A stretch of DNA of 64,000 nt from Trichosphaerium sp. ATCC 40318. Taxonomy: Eukaryota; Protista; Tubulinea. The position numbers were made by a program, and so were the translations under genes. Location: NCBI GenBank assembly GCA_038496445.1, contig JALMLS010000316.1, positions 1 through 64,000 of the forward strand. The letters run 5' to 3'. Positions 49,637-61,577 of the stretch are shown piece by piece; position 1 is the first letter of the stretch, and the number at the start of each line of letters is the position of its first letter. The notes under the pieces were generated by a model. The model was not told where the DNA came from, did no database searches, and was given only the letters and a program-made list of their open reading frames with translations.

Positions 49637-50009
49637 TGGTATTTTTGTTTTGAACGGTATAAAAGCACTGTTGTTTGCTGGACCTCCGAAAGATTAGCCT
49701 GTACTAAGATATATACTCTGTAATAAAAAATATAAAGTAGTTGCCTTGCAGAATGTAGATAGGCATAAGTAGAATAGTTTGATGGTAGCCGGAATCTTGT
49801 GATTGTTGTGATAGAAATTATCTTACACTGAGGCAACTGCAATGTGCTCTGATAATACGAGGCGGTTTCTTGTGCTTTGAAAAAGCAACAAGAGGTTTTT
49901 GACATTATAGCACGCCAGATTTATTTTGGGTAGCATTTAATCGGAAAATATCGAGTTTGACAAATGCACGTGACTTTATGAAGTTCATATCACTAAGACG
50001 TTAACGCTA

Positions 50010-50870
50010 ATGTCAATTCCAAGCATAAAACAAATAATACTACTTCAAGAGCTACCACCAGAGTCGTTGACACATATTCTAAGTTATTTAAACAAAATAC
50101 AACGCATTAGCGCTACTACAGTCTCTCATCTTTTTAACAACATCATTCGTCACAATATTGGCTTCGTCGAGATCTATTTAGAGCATTCGTCAGACTGCGA
50201 CGTTCTGAAAGGAAATCCTTTGCTTAAAAACACTCGAATTAGTATTGATTGTAGCCTTTCTGAGGCTGCATTACACTGCCTATCACGTGCTCATATCTTA
50301 GATCTATCAGAAACGACAATAAAAGATAAAGATATCCTTATTTTAACACAAGAAGGAAAGCATACCATTCATAAAATTAACTTGGCTTCAACAAATATAA
50401 CTGATGTTTCATTAAAGGCACTTAGAGCTGTACACACAATTGACATTAGTGAATGTCTTAATATTACTGTTGAAGGAATAAAAGCGCTTAAAGATGTGCA
50501 CTCAATCACACTTATACATCCTCAAAAAGAGTGGCTTAAATATCTCGGCAATGTGCATTCAGTCCGTATGCAGGAAGCCTATGCAATATCAGATGACGAT
50601 ATTAAATCATTGGTAAATGTTAGAAGTCTTTCTTTGGAAGACTGCCTCATTACAGACTCAGGGTTGAAGCACTTGGTAAATCTTGAACACCTCGAGCTTA
50701 TGCTTTGTCCTAACTTAACAAACTCATGTTTGAAACACTTAAAGTCGCTTAAATCTATTCACATTAGGGATGTAAATATAAACAAGATTACAAAACAAGC
50801 TGTTGAGGCTTTAGGTATAACTTGGGATCATGGCGAATATATGCCTGCGTACGAGTACTTTTTAGAATAA
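50010..50870 (+). CDS. F-box plus leucine-rich repeat protein, intronless
   Basis: LQELPPESLTHILSYL..RISATTVSHLFN F-box; LRRs INLASTNITDVSLKAL, IDISECLNITVEGIKAL, LSLEDCLITDSGLKHL, LELMLCPNLTNSCLKHL. Confidence 0.9.
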   Translation: MSIPSIKQIILLQELPPESLTHILSYLNKIQRISATTVSHLFNNIIRHNIGFVEIYLEHSSDCDVLKGNPLLKNTRISIDCSLSEAALHCLSRAHILDLSETTIKDKDILILTQEGKHTIHKINLASTNITDVSLKALRAVHTIDISECLNITVEGIKALKDVHSITLIHPQKEWLKYLGNVHSVRMQEAYAISDDDIKSLVNVRSLSLEDCLITDSGLKHLVNLEHLELMLCPNLTNSCLKHLKSLKSIHIRDVNINKITKQAVEALGITWDHGEYMPAYEYFLE

Positions 50871-51196
50871 TTAAAGAAAAAGATACTGCTGGTTTCTTTA
50901 CTACCTTTCACTTCCTAATCGGCAACTGTACCTACTGTCATTTATTAATAAATATTCATTTTCATCAGACGTAGTTGGTGCACGTGGTGACTTTACTACA
51001 CGCATAATTTAGTAATTAATGTAAAGACATTTCTTGGAACCAGTACGAAATAAATGTTGGTTTTATTGGTTTCTCGAGCTTTGTCAAAGACAAACGCGTT
51101 AAGTATTTACTCAAGCAAAATGTTTACAAGCCAAACGGCCCTAAGCTCTATTAATTAGGTGAGAAGAATACTGTGTTCTATTAAAATGAATGATAC

Positions 51197-53729
51197 TTAG
51201 TAGTATTTTTTTATTTTATGCTGACAAAGACCTTTTGAATTACATTCACAGTGAGTAATCTCTTGTTTACAAAAACGATCAGATATCTGCTTTATCAAAC
51301 CACCATAATCTGTCTTATAAACACACACAAAGCATGATGCCCAACACTGTTCATCAAGGTATGATGCCCATGTATCGATAAAATGTTGCTTTGCATTTTT
51401 TTCCTCAACACTATTATACATGTGTGTCTTCAATCTGTCTACCCATTTTCCGTACGCTATGTCTATTTGATTTTGCTCCGTTGGGCAGAGTCTCAAGTAA
51501 ATCATGACATGAAGAAAAGAGAAAAGGTCATGTGTGCGGTCATACAACCGTTCAGCATGTGGGTCAAAAATTTCTAAAGTTTGGATGGAAACATATTTGT
51601 GTCCACCACCAGTTAACGCTGACTCATTTAAAGTCACAGCACATCCAAAATCTATTATTAATGCGTTTCCCTCAGCTGTCAATAGTATATTGGACAGTGA
51701 TATATCCCTGAAATAAAAGTGGTTAGATGTTATAACCACTGCGCAATCAAAAAAAGAAAACTTACCTGTGGCAAATACCATGGTCATGTATTGCTCTTAT
51801 AGTTTGTACAGATTGATCAATAAACTTCAAAATATAAGCAATGCTCTCTCTACTCCTTATTTTTAAGCCTAATGGCTGCATCATTATTGTGGTTGCTGTG
51901 CTGTGCAGCTAACGAGAAATCAGCAAGTTGATATTATTGTGTAAATTACAGCCGAAATAAATTGTTTCGACTTTGCCAGTTGTCAGCTCTTAATGTATAG
52001 TTTGTAAGAAGTTGCTTAGTTTGGAATATTTTGTCTTTGTAGATTGGATAATTGGCTTATTGATTGATTGGTTGTAATGCACCAGGTCAAAGATCCGTAC
52101 TATTTTAGGTATGTGGTTGACATTGCGGAGTTTACGCATGAAGGCTACCTCACGCTTGACATGATTTGTTGTATCTTGACCCTCTTCATTGAACTCCTTA
52201 ACAGCAACAAGTTCCACTTCTTTGGTATTAACAAACATTGGTACGCTGTACACTGTTGCAGAAGCACCAACACCGCAGCATCTCTCAGGTGAATACAACT
52301 TGTTTTTGTAGCTGAAAACCTTAGCGACATATCCAAGATCCTCAGGCGTTTGATGGAGAATCTGAAAGAGTCTAGTGATGCCTCCATTTGCGAAGGGAAT
52401 GCACTCTGATTTAAAGAACAATGGTTTGTTACCATTTTGCTCCATTGTAATTTTAAGGATCTTAATCTCCGTAAAATTCATGAGTACAACATAAACCTTA
52501 TTGCGCAACTTCTGTTCCCGTAGTTGACAAAGACCATAGAGAACAGCTTGCCCAATATCCTCGTTACTAAATCCAGCTGGAGTATGACTTAGAAGGAATA
52601 AAACTAAACTTGTAAATGCGTACTAGGTCTCTTTTTAAGTTCTATCACAAAAACCATGTGATACAGTTGAATGCGCCGGTTTGCAAGTATTTTTGTATCT
52701 ATAGGCAGAATGCTAAAATCAGGTTTTCGTCTAAGATCACCAGTCTTTGTTTTCGAAGACGTGGGTTTCTCATGTGTATCATGCACTGCGAGGTTTGGGA
52801 AAAGTGTGATACCGAAACATTTTGCCAAGTACACATTAAACTCCTCTTCCGAATCCCACGTGGTTATTAACTCACCCTCCTCGTTTTTTAAAAAATCGTC
52901 ATGGTTTGTTATCTCTGTATCCGCGAATTCGTTCTTCAGAGGTTTTGCGCGGGATTCAAATATCTTACCGACATTCATTTGTTCTGTTTCAAAAAAAAAA
53001 AGTTACTTGATTGAAAAACATGACGAAAAAATACTTTTACAAAAAGCCAGCGTACTGTTGTTTATGTGCGTTGTTAACGTTTTTTGGCGGTCTGAAGAAT
53101 GGATAAGAGCTTCTTGTTGTGTAACGATCAATTCAGTTCGAACTGTTTCAATCTCTCGTTTGTTTTTTTTTATCTCTCTTTTGCTTTCTAGAGCAGTAGC
53201 TTTACGCTTACGTTCGTTTTCGTCGATTTGTTTCTGCTGTGCTGCTTGTTTGGCGTCTTGTTCCGCTTGTTTGGCTTGAATGGTTCTGAGAGTTGCAGCG
53301 ATAGTGTCACTACCACCTGTCTCTTCCTTAGGATCCTACAATCGGTTTAGACCAAACATGGTACTTTTCAATCTTGAAAAAGAAGACACACCTGTTTTGA
53401 TCCTTCTTCAGCGTGATAAATCTTCGTTTTCATTGTCTCTCGGTATTGAGCAGTGTTTTCACGTGCTTTCTGCTCGCTGGAGCAGCTTTTACGTTCTATT
53501 ACGAAAGTTAGTGATTGAGATATGAGTGTAAGGTTGATGTGATAACGCAATCCAAAAGCTTTTACTTACGGCTAGCTTTACAAATTTCAGAAATAAGTTT
53601 AACCCTGCCCATTGACGAAGTTTTAAGTTCATACTGCTTCGCTATCTTCTGCAATTCCTCTACACCTTTATCTTTGAGGTCTTTTTTGGTGTACGGCACT
53701 GGAAGTAAGGAAGCGTTGTTGTCAGCCAT
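51197..53729 (-). CDS. Crinkler (CR)-type protein: HeH/SAP-like header - coiled coil - PD-(D/E)xK restriction-endonuclease-like domain - CR/fungal-type protein kinase
   Basis: Header DLKDKGVEELQKIAKQYELKTSSMGRVKLISEI. REase SEEE..DTH..RKPDFS..VIELKK..IGQAVLY. Kinase GVGASATVY, VAVKEF, REVAFM, HIPKI, MQPLG, CHRDISLSNIL, IIDFG, HDLFS. Exons splice in frame. Confidence 0.85.
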
Positions 53730-54532
53730 AGTGTTGATAAATTTATGTTATATTTTGAATGGTATTGACCAAATAAAGTAAAAGTAGAATTTGAAATGGT
53801 GTTGATTGAAAAGCGTACAATGTTTCTGTGTACGAGATTTTTTAGCTGCAGCTCTTGTCTTTGATCGAGTCATCATCTACACCCTGAGTCAACAGAAAGA
53901 AATTTCATAATAAACGCAAAAAACAAGAAAGAATTCTTTGGGGAAAAAAAAATGCATCAATCACGTGATTGAAAAAATATGAACTGGAAAATCATACAAA
54001 TCCTTCCTTTGTAGTTCAAAAGATGGCAAAAGGCAAGCTCTAAAATCAGCATGAAAGTAGACAATAGTGGTTTTTAAAGTCATCAAATTAAATTTGTAAT
54101 ACGTAATTAGAAGGCAAAGAAGGGTAAATACGATATTAGTGCAGCACGAAATAGTCAAAAAACGTTACAAACTACTGGAACTACGTACGGTGATTGTGTG
54201 AAAACCATAAACGGACGTTTCGAGTCTTATTAACGTAAAACCGAACTATTTTGGCGGTAAATACTGTTATCGGTAAATAATAGCCTATCAACGCGTCTGT
54301 GCTGGTTTACGAAGAGTTAGTTACCAATAATACCAAAAGCGACACTAGCTTCTCTCCCACAGCTGTGTTACGTACCACTACAACGTGTAAGCTTCCCCTC
54401 GTGTCATGTAGCTTGTTTTATTAGTCAACTGTATTATTTTAGCGGCTGGTACAGTGAGCTATACGCATACATAGCACTAAGCACATGTGTTGCGCGGTGG
54501 CAAAGTACAAAGTACATGCGAAGATCTAAACA

Positions 54533-57500
54533 ATGCTGTTGAAGCAAAGCTTTTCACTGAATACTGGTTTGGATCTTTGGAAGTCTACACTAACGTCTGC
54601 AATGTTTCTTTGCAGATACAAGTGTGTACCTACAACCGGAGTGCGGAAAGCCAACAGCATACGCCATAAACCACTGCGAAGTTATAACACTCCTACAACG
54701 CCGTATTTACAGTAAAATTGCGTACAACCACGTATTAGCTGCTTACAGCCTGTAGGCGCGGAGTACGATATTCAACAACAGCTACCAGCACTAATTCAGC
54801 GCATCACGCCGGTTATTTAGCGTTGTGGTACGTAGTAGCGTTAAATAACGCCAACAAATTACCTTTTAGGAAAAAACACTTCCAAGTAGCTCCAGAAAGC
54901 AACACTGTGCCTAAACAAACTGTACTGGACGTATGACTTTGACACGGTGTCAAGTATCATTAACAAATCATCTAACGCACAACAAGGTTATTGAACACCA
55001 TGGCGTATCAACAAAGGATAATAGAATCTCAAACGACATAGCTAACTTGTCAGACAGTATTGATTTTTCAACGTTCGAAAAGCTTCTCAATGAACACCTC
55101 CTCATATCTAGGACTCTCAAACGTATGCAGATATTACTACCACTAATAACTTTTACATAATAAACTGCATTTAGAGGAGCTTGCTATCGCTGACTTCCCA
55201 GGATTTGCTTCAAAGGTGAGATACCAAAATTAGTAAAACAAATACTTAAACACTCATTAAAGACAAGACAATTGTTTAAACAAACTATGCAAGATAAACG
55301 TGGAGAACCCGCCGCTTATATACCACAATTGGCAAGAGTTAACCCTGATCTCTTCGGTACAAGCACTGCTTCTTTTATTCTTGCAATGTTTACGGTTTAC
55401 CAGGCGTGTCTGTTTGTTCAGTTGATGGACAACGATTGAACTTGGGTGATTACAACGAAGAATTTTCTGTAAGCAAGATAGACGATATTCAAACTAGATC
55501 AAGTCTTATTGTTATAGGTCCAATCTACTTGCAAGACAATCAACTATTGCATGGCATTACAAGAAAACGGTGAGAACTATGTACACAAGCATGTAGGGTG
55601 AGTACTTGTAGTTACGTTCTTTGATTCCATACCTTACTTTCTATTGATTACAGGCGTGAAGCATCTGGGAGAAACTTTAACGAGCGAGTGTTGAATGCCG
55701 ATGGTCTACCACATAATCCACTTATAAACAGTGGCGCTATCATGACTTGCTCCCTTCTTAAACAGAAAGATGAAGCACTCACTGATGTTCGTTCATTGTA
55801 TTGCACTGACACTTATTTTGGATAATTAGAGGTGGGATAAAGTGGAGGACACGTGGAGTAAATTAATAGGCGGTGGACGTGTAGGATTTGCTAATTCTGT
55901 GTATCTTTCAGAGAAAGAGACAGCTGACAGGAACTGGTGTCTAGCATACATGATGGTAAGGTGGTTTTTTTTTGTTTTAGGATTTTTATGAACGAAGTAT
56001 TTTTAGAAAGAACGAAAAGCCTTCCCAGATGCTGCAGCAAAAACACCTCAAATGCTTCAACAATTATTGGAATTTTATTTCATGTGTTGTTCTATTGAAC
56101 TAGATTGTGAGCGCATGTCTCTTGTGCGTCATCTATTATCTTAGATTTTCTCTTAGAGTTATCTAGGTAGCCGCTACTCTTGCTAACGGTGGTGTATGCC
56201 CAGTATCAGAGAGAGTACGTTTATTATTAATACTTATACTTTACTTGATTTCTTATACTGGTAGCGTGTCTTTGAACCAGAAGTTGTTAAGTCTTGCCTG
56301 GCTGTGATGGCAACATGTGGTATGTACGATTACTCAGGAGAGTTTTGCTTTGAAATTGGATTACCCGCAAAGTCTGGAGTTTCTGGTGCTCTTCTTGTTA
56401 TAGTACCAGGTGTATTGGTACGACAGTCCTTTAATCAGGTTACTGGTAACATTATTTGTTCCAGGGTTTTTGCGTGTTCTCTCCACGCTTGGATCGCCTT
56501 GGCAACTCAGTTCGTGGTATAAACTTTTGTCGTGAGTTTGTAAAGTATTATTCACTTCATCGCATGGACATAGTGTCACGTGTGTACGTAATACAACTAT
56601 TAATAGTACTTCGTTTATCTGACATAAACGTGACATTAGTTTGGGGCAAGGACACTTGGAGCGTACAAACGATTACAATACTCTAGACAGAGAAGAGAAC
56701 AAGGTATGTAAACCGTATTCGTGATAAAACTCAAATACACAAAAGACTGGGGAGAGTGCTGATAAATACTTGCATATACTATGGTTTGCTTCAGCTTGTG
56801 GTGATCTTTCAAGAGTAAGGCAAATAGCAGCTAGAGGCACTTCATTGAATATGGTACTGGTACTTCAATATTGGCACTTGTATTTACGTCATTAGGGCGA
56901 TTATGATGGCCGCACGGCACTTCATTTGGCCGCCTCTGAAGGACATGAAGATGTTGTAGCGTTCTTGATTGCAATGGGAGTTGATAAGACTATTACTGAT
57001 CGCATTGGTAAGCACTACTCTTAATTCTATGTGGGGAGTACTTAGTTTGAATAGGAAACACGCCTCTTGATGATGCCAGTAGAGGAGGTCACAAGAAAGT
57101 TGAAGCACTACTACAAGATGAATCTAGAGATGAATATGACTTATCTACGATGGATATTCCTCTACGTAGTTTCTTTGCTGCAGAAGGCAAAGAGTTGGAT
57201 TCTAGCCAGCTCAATAAGTTCATGGAGGGTGTTGGTATAAAAGACAATGATCCTCGGCTTCAGGTATTGTATGAGCAACTTAAAGAGAGCAATGACATTA
57301 AAGAACATGCAAACTACATGTCTGTACGTCTTTGAAACACTTTTCTCTTTAGTTCCAAATGAGTAATGAATGTCTTTTAGCAAAACTTGCTTGCCAAGAG
57401 TGCCATTACTGGTAGAATGATTGTACCAAACTGGAAAATGTACGTGATAACAATTTTAACCATGTTAATCCATTTGGATAGGTTTGTTGAAGAAATCACA

Positions 57501-59314
57501 AAGTGCTATGAAAAGTCAAAACAAACAATTGGAGGAGAAAACTCAACGTTTGTAAATTCATTTGCAAATGCAGACACAGATGAGGTAAAATAGTCTTAAC
57601 AGCACAATCAGTTTGGGTGTTAATCTTACTTGCTAGTTTGGTGTTGCTGTGTGCACTATTGATGGACAGAGATGTACCATTGGCGATTCACGTCCTATAC
57701 CTTTAGCTGAGTGTGCTCAGCCTTTCATTTATTGTATTGCACAAGTACGTGATTATAAGCTGTAGGTTTATCTAATTATCTGCATTAGGCTTTACATGGT
57801 GAAGACGGTGTACACGCTTATGTAGGACGTGAAGCTAGTGGAAGACTAAATCATGAGATGGAGTTGAACTGGGAAAACAAACCACACAACCCTTACGTGA
57901 CATCAGGTACGGAGATAGACGAGTCAGTGACTTAGTACCTCTTAACAGCCTGCTATGTTAACCGTTTTGGCTTATCTGACATTAGGAGCTATAACTGTTA
58001 CTAGTTTAATAAGACCAGACTTACAAGATAGTGATGTATGATTGATTCTTTGTTTTATTTGAGAAGAGTTGTGACTTAACTGTTCTTAGAGATTTGCGTA
58101 CATCAATGACATGTTTAAGAAAATGACAGCAGGGAAAGCCCCAACGTTTGCTAACACAACATACCTTGAAGTTCGTGATGCAGCATTACATGAACACGCT
58201 GTTGGTTACATGTTGGTACGTTACTTGTCGAAGAAAAGCAGAGTACTAAAGTCTTGTATTAAGAAAGAAGAGAAAGTGTTGATGCCTGATTCAGATCTAC
58301 GTAAAGATCTAGATTTATATTTCCAGACACTATGCATGGAGTGGGATGGCGATAATTTATCTATTGCAGCTGCCACACTAGCAAACGGAGGTGTATGCCC
58401 AATTACAGGTAAACACTTTTTTTTCTTCTTTTTTTCCCAAGTTATTGCATCTTTGCTTAAGGCTCAATGCATAATTTTAATAATTGTAGGTGAGCGTGTG
58501 TTTTCTGCAACGCATGTTCGGAACTGCTTGTCGATGATGGCAACTTGTGGTATGAAGGGTCAATCGGGAGAATTTGTCTTTTCTGCTGGATTCCCTGCAA
58601 AATGTAGCAAAACGGGAATAGTTTGTATTGTTATACCTGGCGTACTTGGCATGGCTATACAAGCACCTCCACTTGTGGATAATGTTAGTGCTAGAGGATT
58701 AGAGTTTTGTAAGAATTTTGCAAAACAGTTTAACTTCCACGCTTATGCTGAAGCATCTTCAGGTATGACACAGTTGTTGTGGGTTTTTTTTTCCGCAATG
58801 TGTGATGCTTGTGTCTTGTCATTAATTTTTTTATATATAGCTGTCGATAAAATAGATCCTAGACAGTATAAAGGTACTGCGCACTCTAATATATCTGAAT
58901 TATTGTATGCAGCAAGTACAGGTATGATGGACTTTATTTTTTTCTTCCTTTTTTTGTTGTTGTTTGTTTTGAGTTGACATCATATGGTTTTCTTTGTTAA
59001 TGTTGTTTGGTTTTAGGTGATATTTCAACTGTGAAACATGCACTTATTTATCAAAAGTTGGATGTTAATGTATCTGATTACGATAATAGAACAGCGTTAC
59101 ATTTAGGTACGTCACCATGCAACCCATGTTACTTTGTTTTTCGAGTTCTTTGAAACTAAAACACATTGCAGCTGCAGCTGAAGGCAAGGTCGATATGGTT
59201 AAGTTCTTGCTTGATGTAGGCGCATCATGTGATAAAAAAGATAGATGGGGTAATACACCAAAGGATGACGCTTTACGGCACAAACATTCTGCTGTAGTAT
59301 CCGTACTTAACTAA
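54533..59314 (+). CDS. GLS: Tandem (double) glutaminase: [EF-like - glutaminase - ankyrin] x2, probable mitochondrial presequence; second catalytic domain degenerate
   Basis: Half 1: [78 protein letters not shown]. The frame runs on ([34 protein letters not shown]) into half 2: [42 protein letters not shown]. Confidence 0.92.
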
Positions 59315-59799
59315 TGTATTTAAAAAAATAATCCAATTGAAAAAAAGCTCAGTGTACAGCACACCAACGTTTGTTAATACTAATGAAGTGAAACTTGTCG
59401 CTGTTGATAGTTCTACTAGGAATATCAAGCAAGAAGTAGCATTCATATACTTCTGTACATGATCGTAGCTTAACAACTAACATATAATGCTGGATTGGTT
59501 GCATGTTGACAAAGTCAAATACTAACCCTTAACACTTCACTTTTGCATTGAGAGAGCGTTGCTACAAAAGAGAGTTGCTTTACTATCAATAGAGTTTGAT
59601 ATGTGTTGACGATTCAATGAACAGTTACTAAAGTTGGCTAATAGTTGAGATTTCAGGCGATACCTATGCACCATGTACAGTAAGCTATGTAGGGCAAGAT
59701 ACAAGAAGTGTTCTAGACACCGTCCCAGTGAGTGTTATATTGAACTTAATTGAATTACATGATGAGGGATGTAGTGCACTGCTATCTTTATTAAAGAGT

Positions 59800-60765
59800 T
59801 TACACACTTATAGTTTGTTTTTTACCATCAACCCATATTGATTGATACTTTAGTTTTCCGTCTTCATACCAGCCTTTACTATGTCCATGTTTTTTACCAT
59901 CAACCCACATGGACTGGTCCTTAAGTTGTCCATTTTCATACCATCCTTTATATTCACCATGTCGCTTACCATCAACCCACATGGACTGGTTCTTAAGTTG
60001 TCCATTTTCAAACCATAATTTACATTCACCGTGTCGTTTACCATCAACCCACATGGAATGGTCCTCAAGCTGTCCATTTTGGTACCACATTTTACCTTCG
60101 CCATGCAATTTATCATTGACCCACATGGATTGTGCGTTAAGTTGTCCATTTTCATACCAATCTCTACGTTCACCATTTTGTTTATCATTGACCCACATGA
60201 ATAGATACTTTAATTGGCCATTCTTAAACCATCCCTTACTTTCGCCATTCTTTTTAGCATCAGCCCAAAAGTACTGGAGCTCTCTTGTCCCATCTGAATA
60301 CCAAGTGCTATGCTCACCATGTTGTTTACCATCAACCCACATGCAATAGTCCTCAAGCTGTCCATTTTGATACCATAGTTTATTTTCGCCATGCAATTTA
60401 TCATTGACCCACATGGATTGCTCACAAACTTGTCCGCTTTCATACCATGACAACCATTCACCTTCTTTTTTACCATTGACTTGTATGTACTGCTCCTTGA
60501 GTGATCCATTTGGATACCATTCTTTAATCAACCCATTTACTGTGTATTGATGAGACTTCACCTTTCCACTTTTATACCATCTTATCCATATCCCTTTTCT
60601 TTGTAGTACCTCATTAAAATGTGTATTTGTTGCAGCTCTCTTTGATAGAGTGTGGAATTTCGTGAATGTTTCAATGTTGAAAGTACAAATATAGGTTTGA
60701 AGTTCACATGGAATATCCAATAAAGTCAAAGCATCCAATTCATTGCACAATTTTCTTTTACACAA
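59800..60765 (-). CDS. F-box-like motif plus MORN-variant repeat protein (paralogue of 39462-40457); start codon unresolved
   Basis: LLDIPCELQTYICTF, then 24-aa repeats GQL..QSMWVDGK.HGE.K.WYEN. No intron within the ORF and no in-frame ATG at its 5' end (upstream micro-exon or 1-nt error). Confidence 0.85.
   Translation of the reverse strand: MCKRKLCNELDALTLLDIPCELQTYICTFNIETFTKFHTLSKRAATNTHFNEVLQRKGIWIRWYKSGKVKSHQYTVNGLIKEWYPNGSLKEQYIQVNGKKEGEWLSWYESGQVCEQSMWVNDKLHGENKLWYQNGQLEDYCMWVDGKQHGEHSTWYSDGTRELQYFWADAKKNGESKGWFKNGQLKYLFMWVNDKQNGERRDWYENGQLNAQSMWVNDKLHGEGKMWYQNGQLEDHSMWVDGKRHGECKLWFENGQLKNQSMWVDGKRHGEYKGWYENGQLKDQSMWVDGKKHGHSKGWYEDGKLKYQSIWVDGKKQTISV
59824..60543. repeat. 72-nt coding tandem repeat, about 10 units
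   Basis: Units start at 59824, 59896, 59968, 60040, 60112, 60184, 60256, 60328, 60400 and 60472 (accatcaacccacat / atcattgacccacat). Confidence 0.93.
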
Positions 60766-61577
60766 GGGACGAGAATACTACGAAGAAAAAAAACGTTAAA
60801 TAATAGTACAAAAATATTATCTTGTGTCAGTCAAGCTAGGCGGCCGGTTTGTTAGCCTTCACTGTTGTAAGAACTACAAATAAGTAGTTTTGTACTGAGT
60901 AAACAACTGGCGATTGACTGGTTCGCACTAGTTTTCAAGAAATTTGGCACCTGACGCGCGATATGTCCTATTTCTAAGAAATCACGCGTTTTTGTGCCGT
61001 TTTGTTCTTACAGCATAATCAAATTAAAAAAAAAACTAGCATAGCCTCAAAAAACAAAGCTAAAGCGCAGTATGTACATCGTACGTACCATAGTGAATTA
61101 AAATATTACAAATCCTATTACAACGCGATCCCTAAGTTTGCCGCTACCTTGGAGACTTGTTGCGCCTTCGGAGAAATGTTTTACTGGTAGCTTACTAGGA
61201 ACGACTTTTTTTTACAACACGTCTTTAGAAAACTGTCAGCTAGTGTCTTAGTACAAAGTGCAAACGTACGTAAGTATCGTGAGTACTATGAAAGGTTACC
61301 ACATGACGGGAAAGCGACCTAATTGTCACTGACTTGCATTACAAATTGACATTTAGAATCACAACAGTTGGTAATCCTTAAAGTCTCCAGGCTATTCATA
61401 GCAAATTCATTGCACTCACTTGTATAAGTAACTGGTAGAAATGTAATATGCATGTAAGACTTGACCGAATTCTAACACATCGTAAAGGAGTTTTATTTTG
61501 GAGTAAAAGTGAGAACAATACACATTATGTAGCAACATAGTTTTATTTTATTAATAGAGTGAAGGTCTGCAATAACA

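Noticed and set aside
59824-60543. Regular 72-nt array as CRISPR or non-coding satellite
   Set aside because: The period is exactly 24 codons within an open MORN-repeat frame, with no unique spacers.
39462-60765. Endogenous giant-virus segment
   Set aside because: No viral hallmark genes (capsid, polB, packaging ATPase), and the intronless genes are interleaved with intron-rich host genes.
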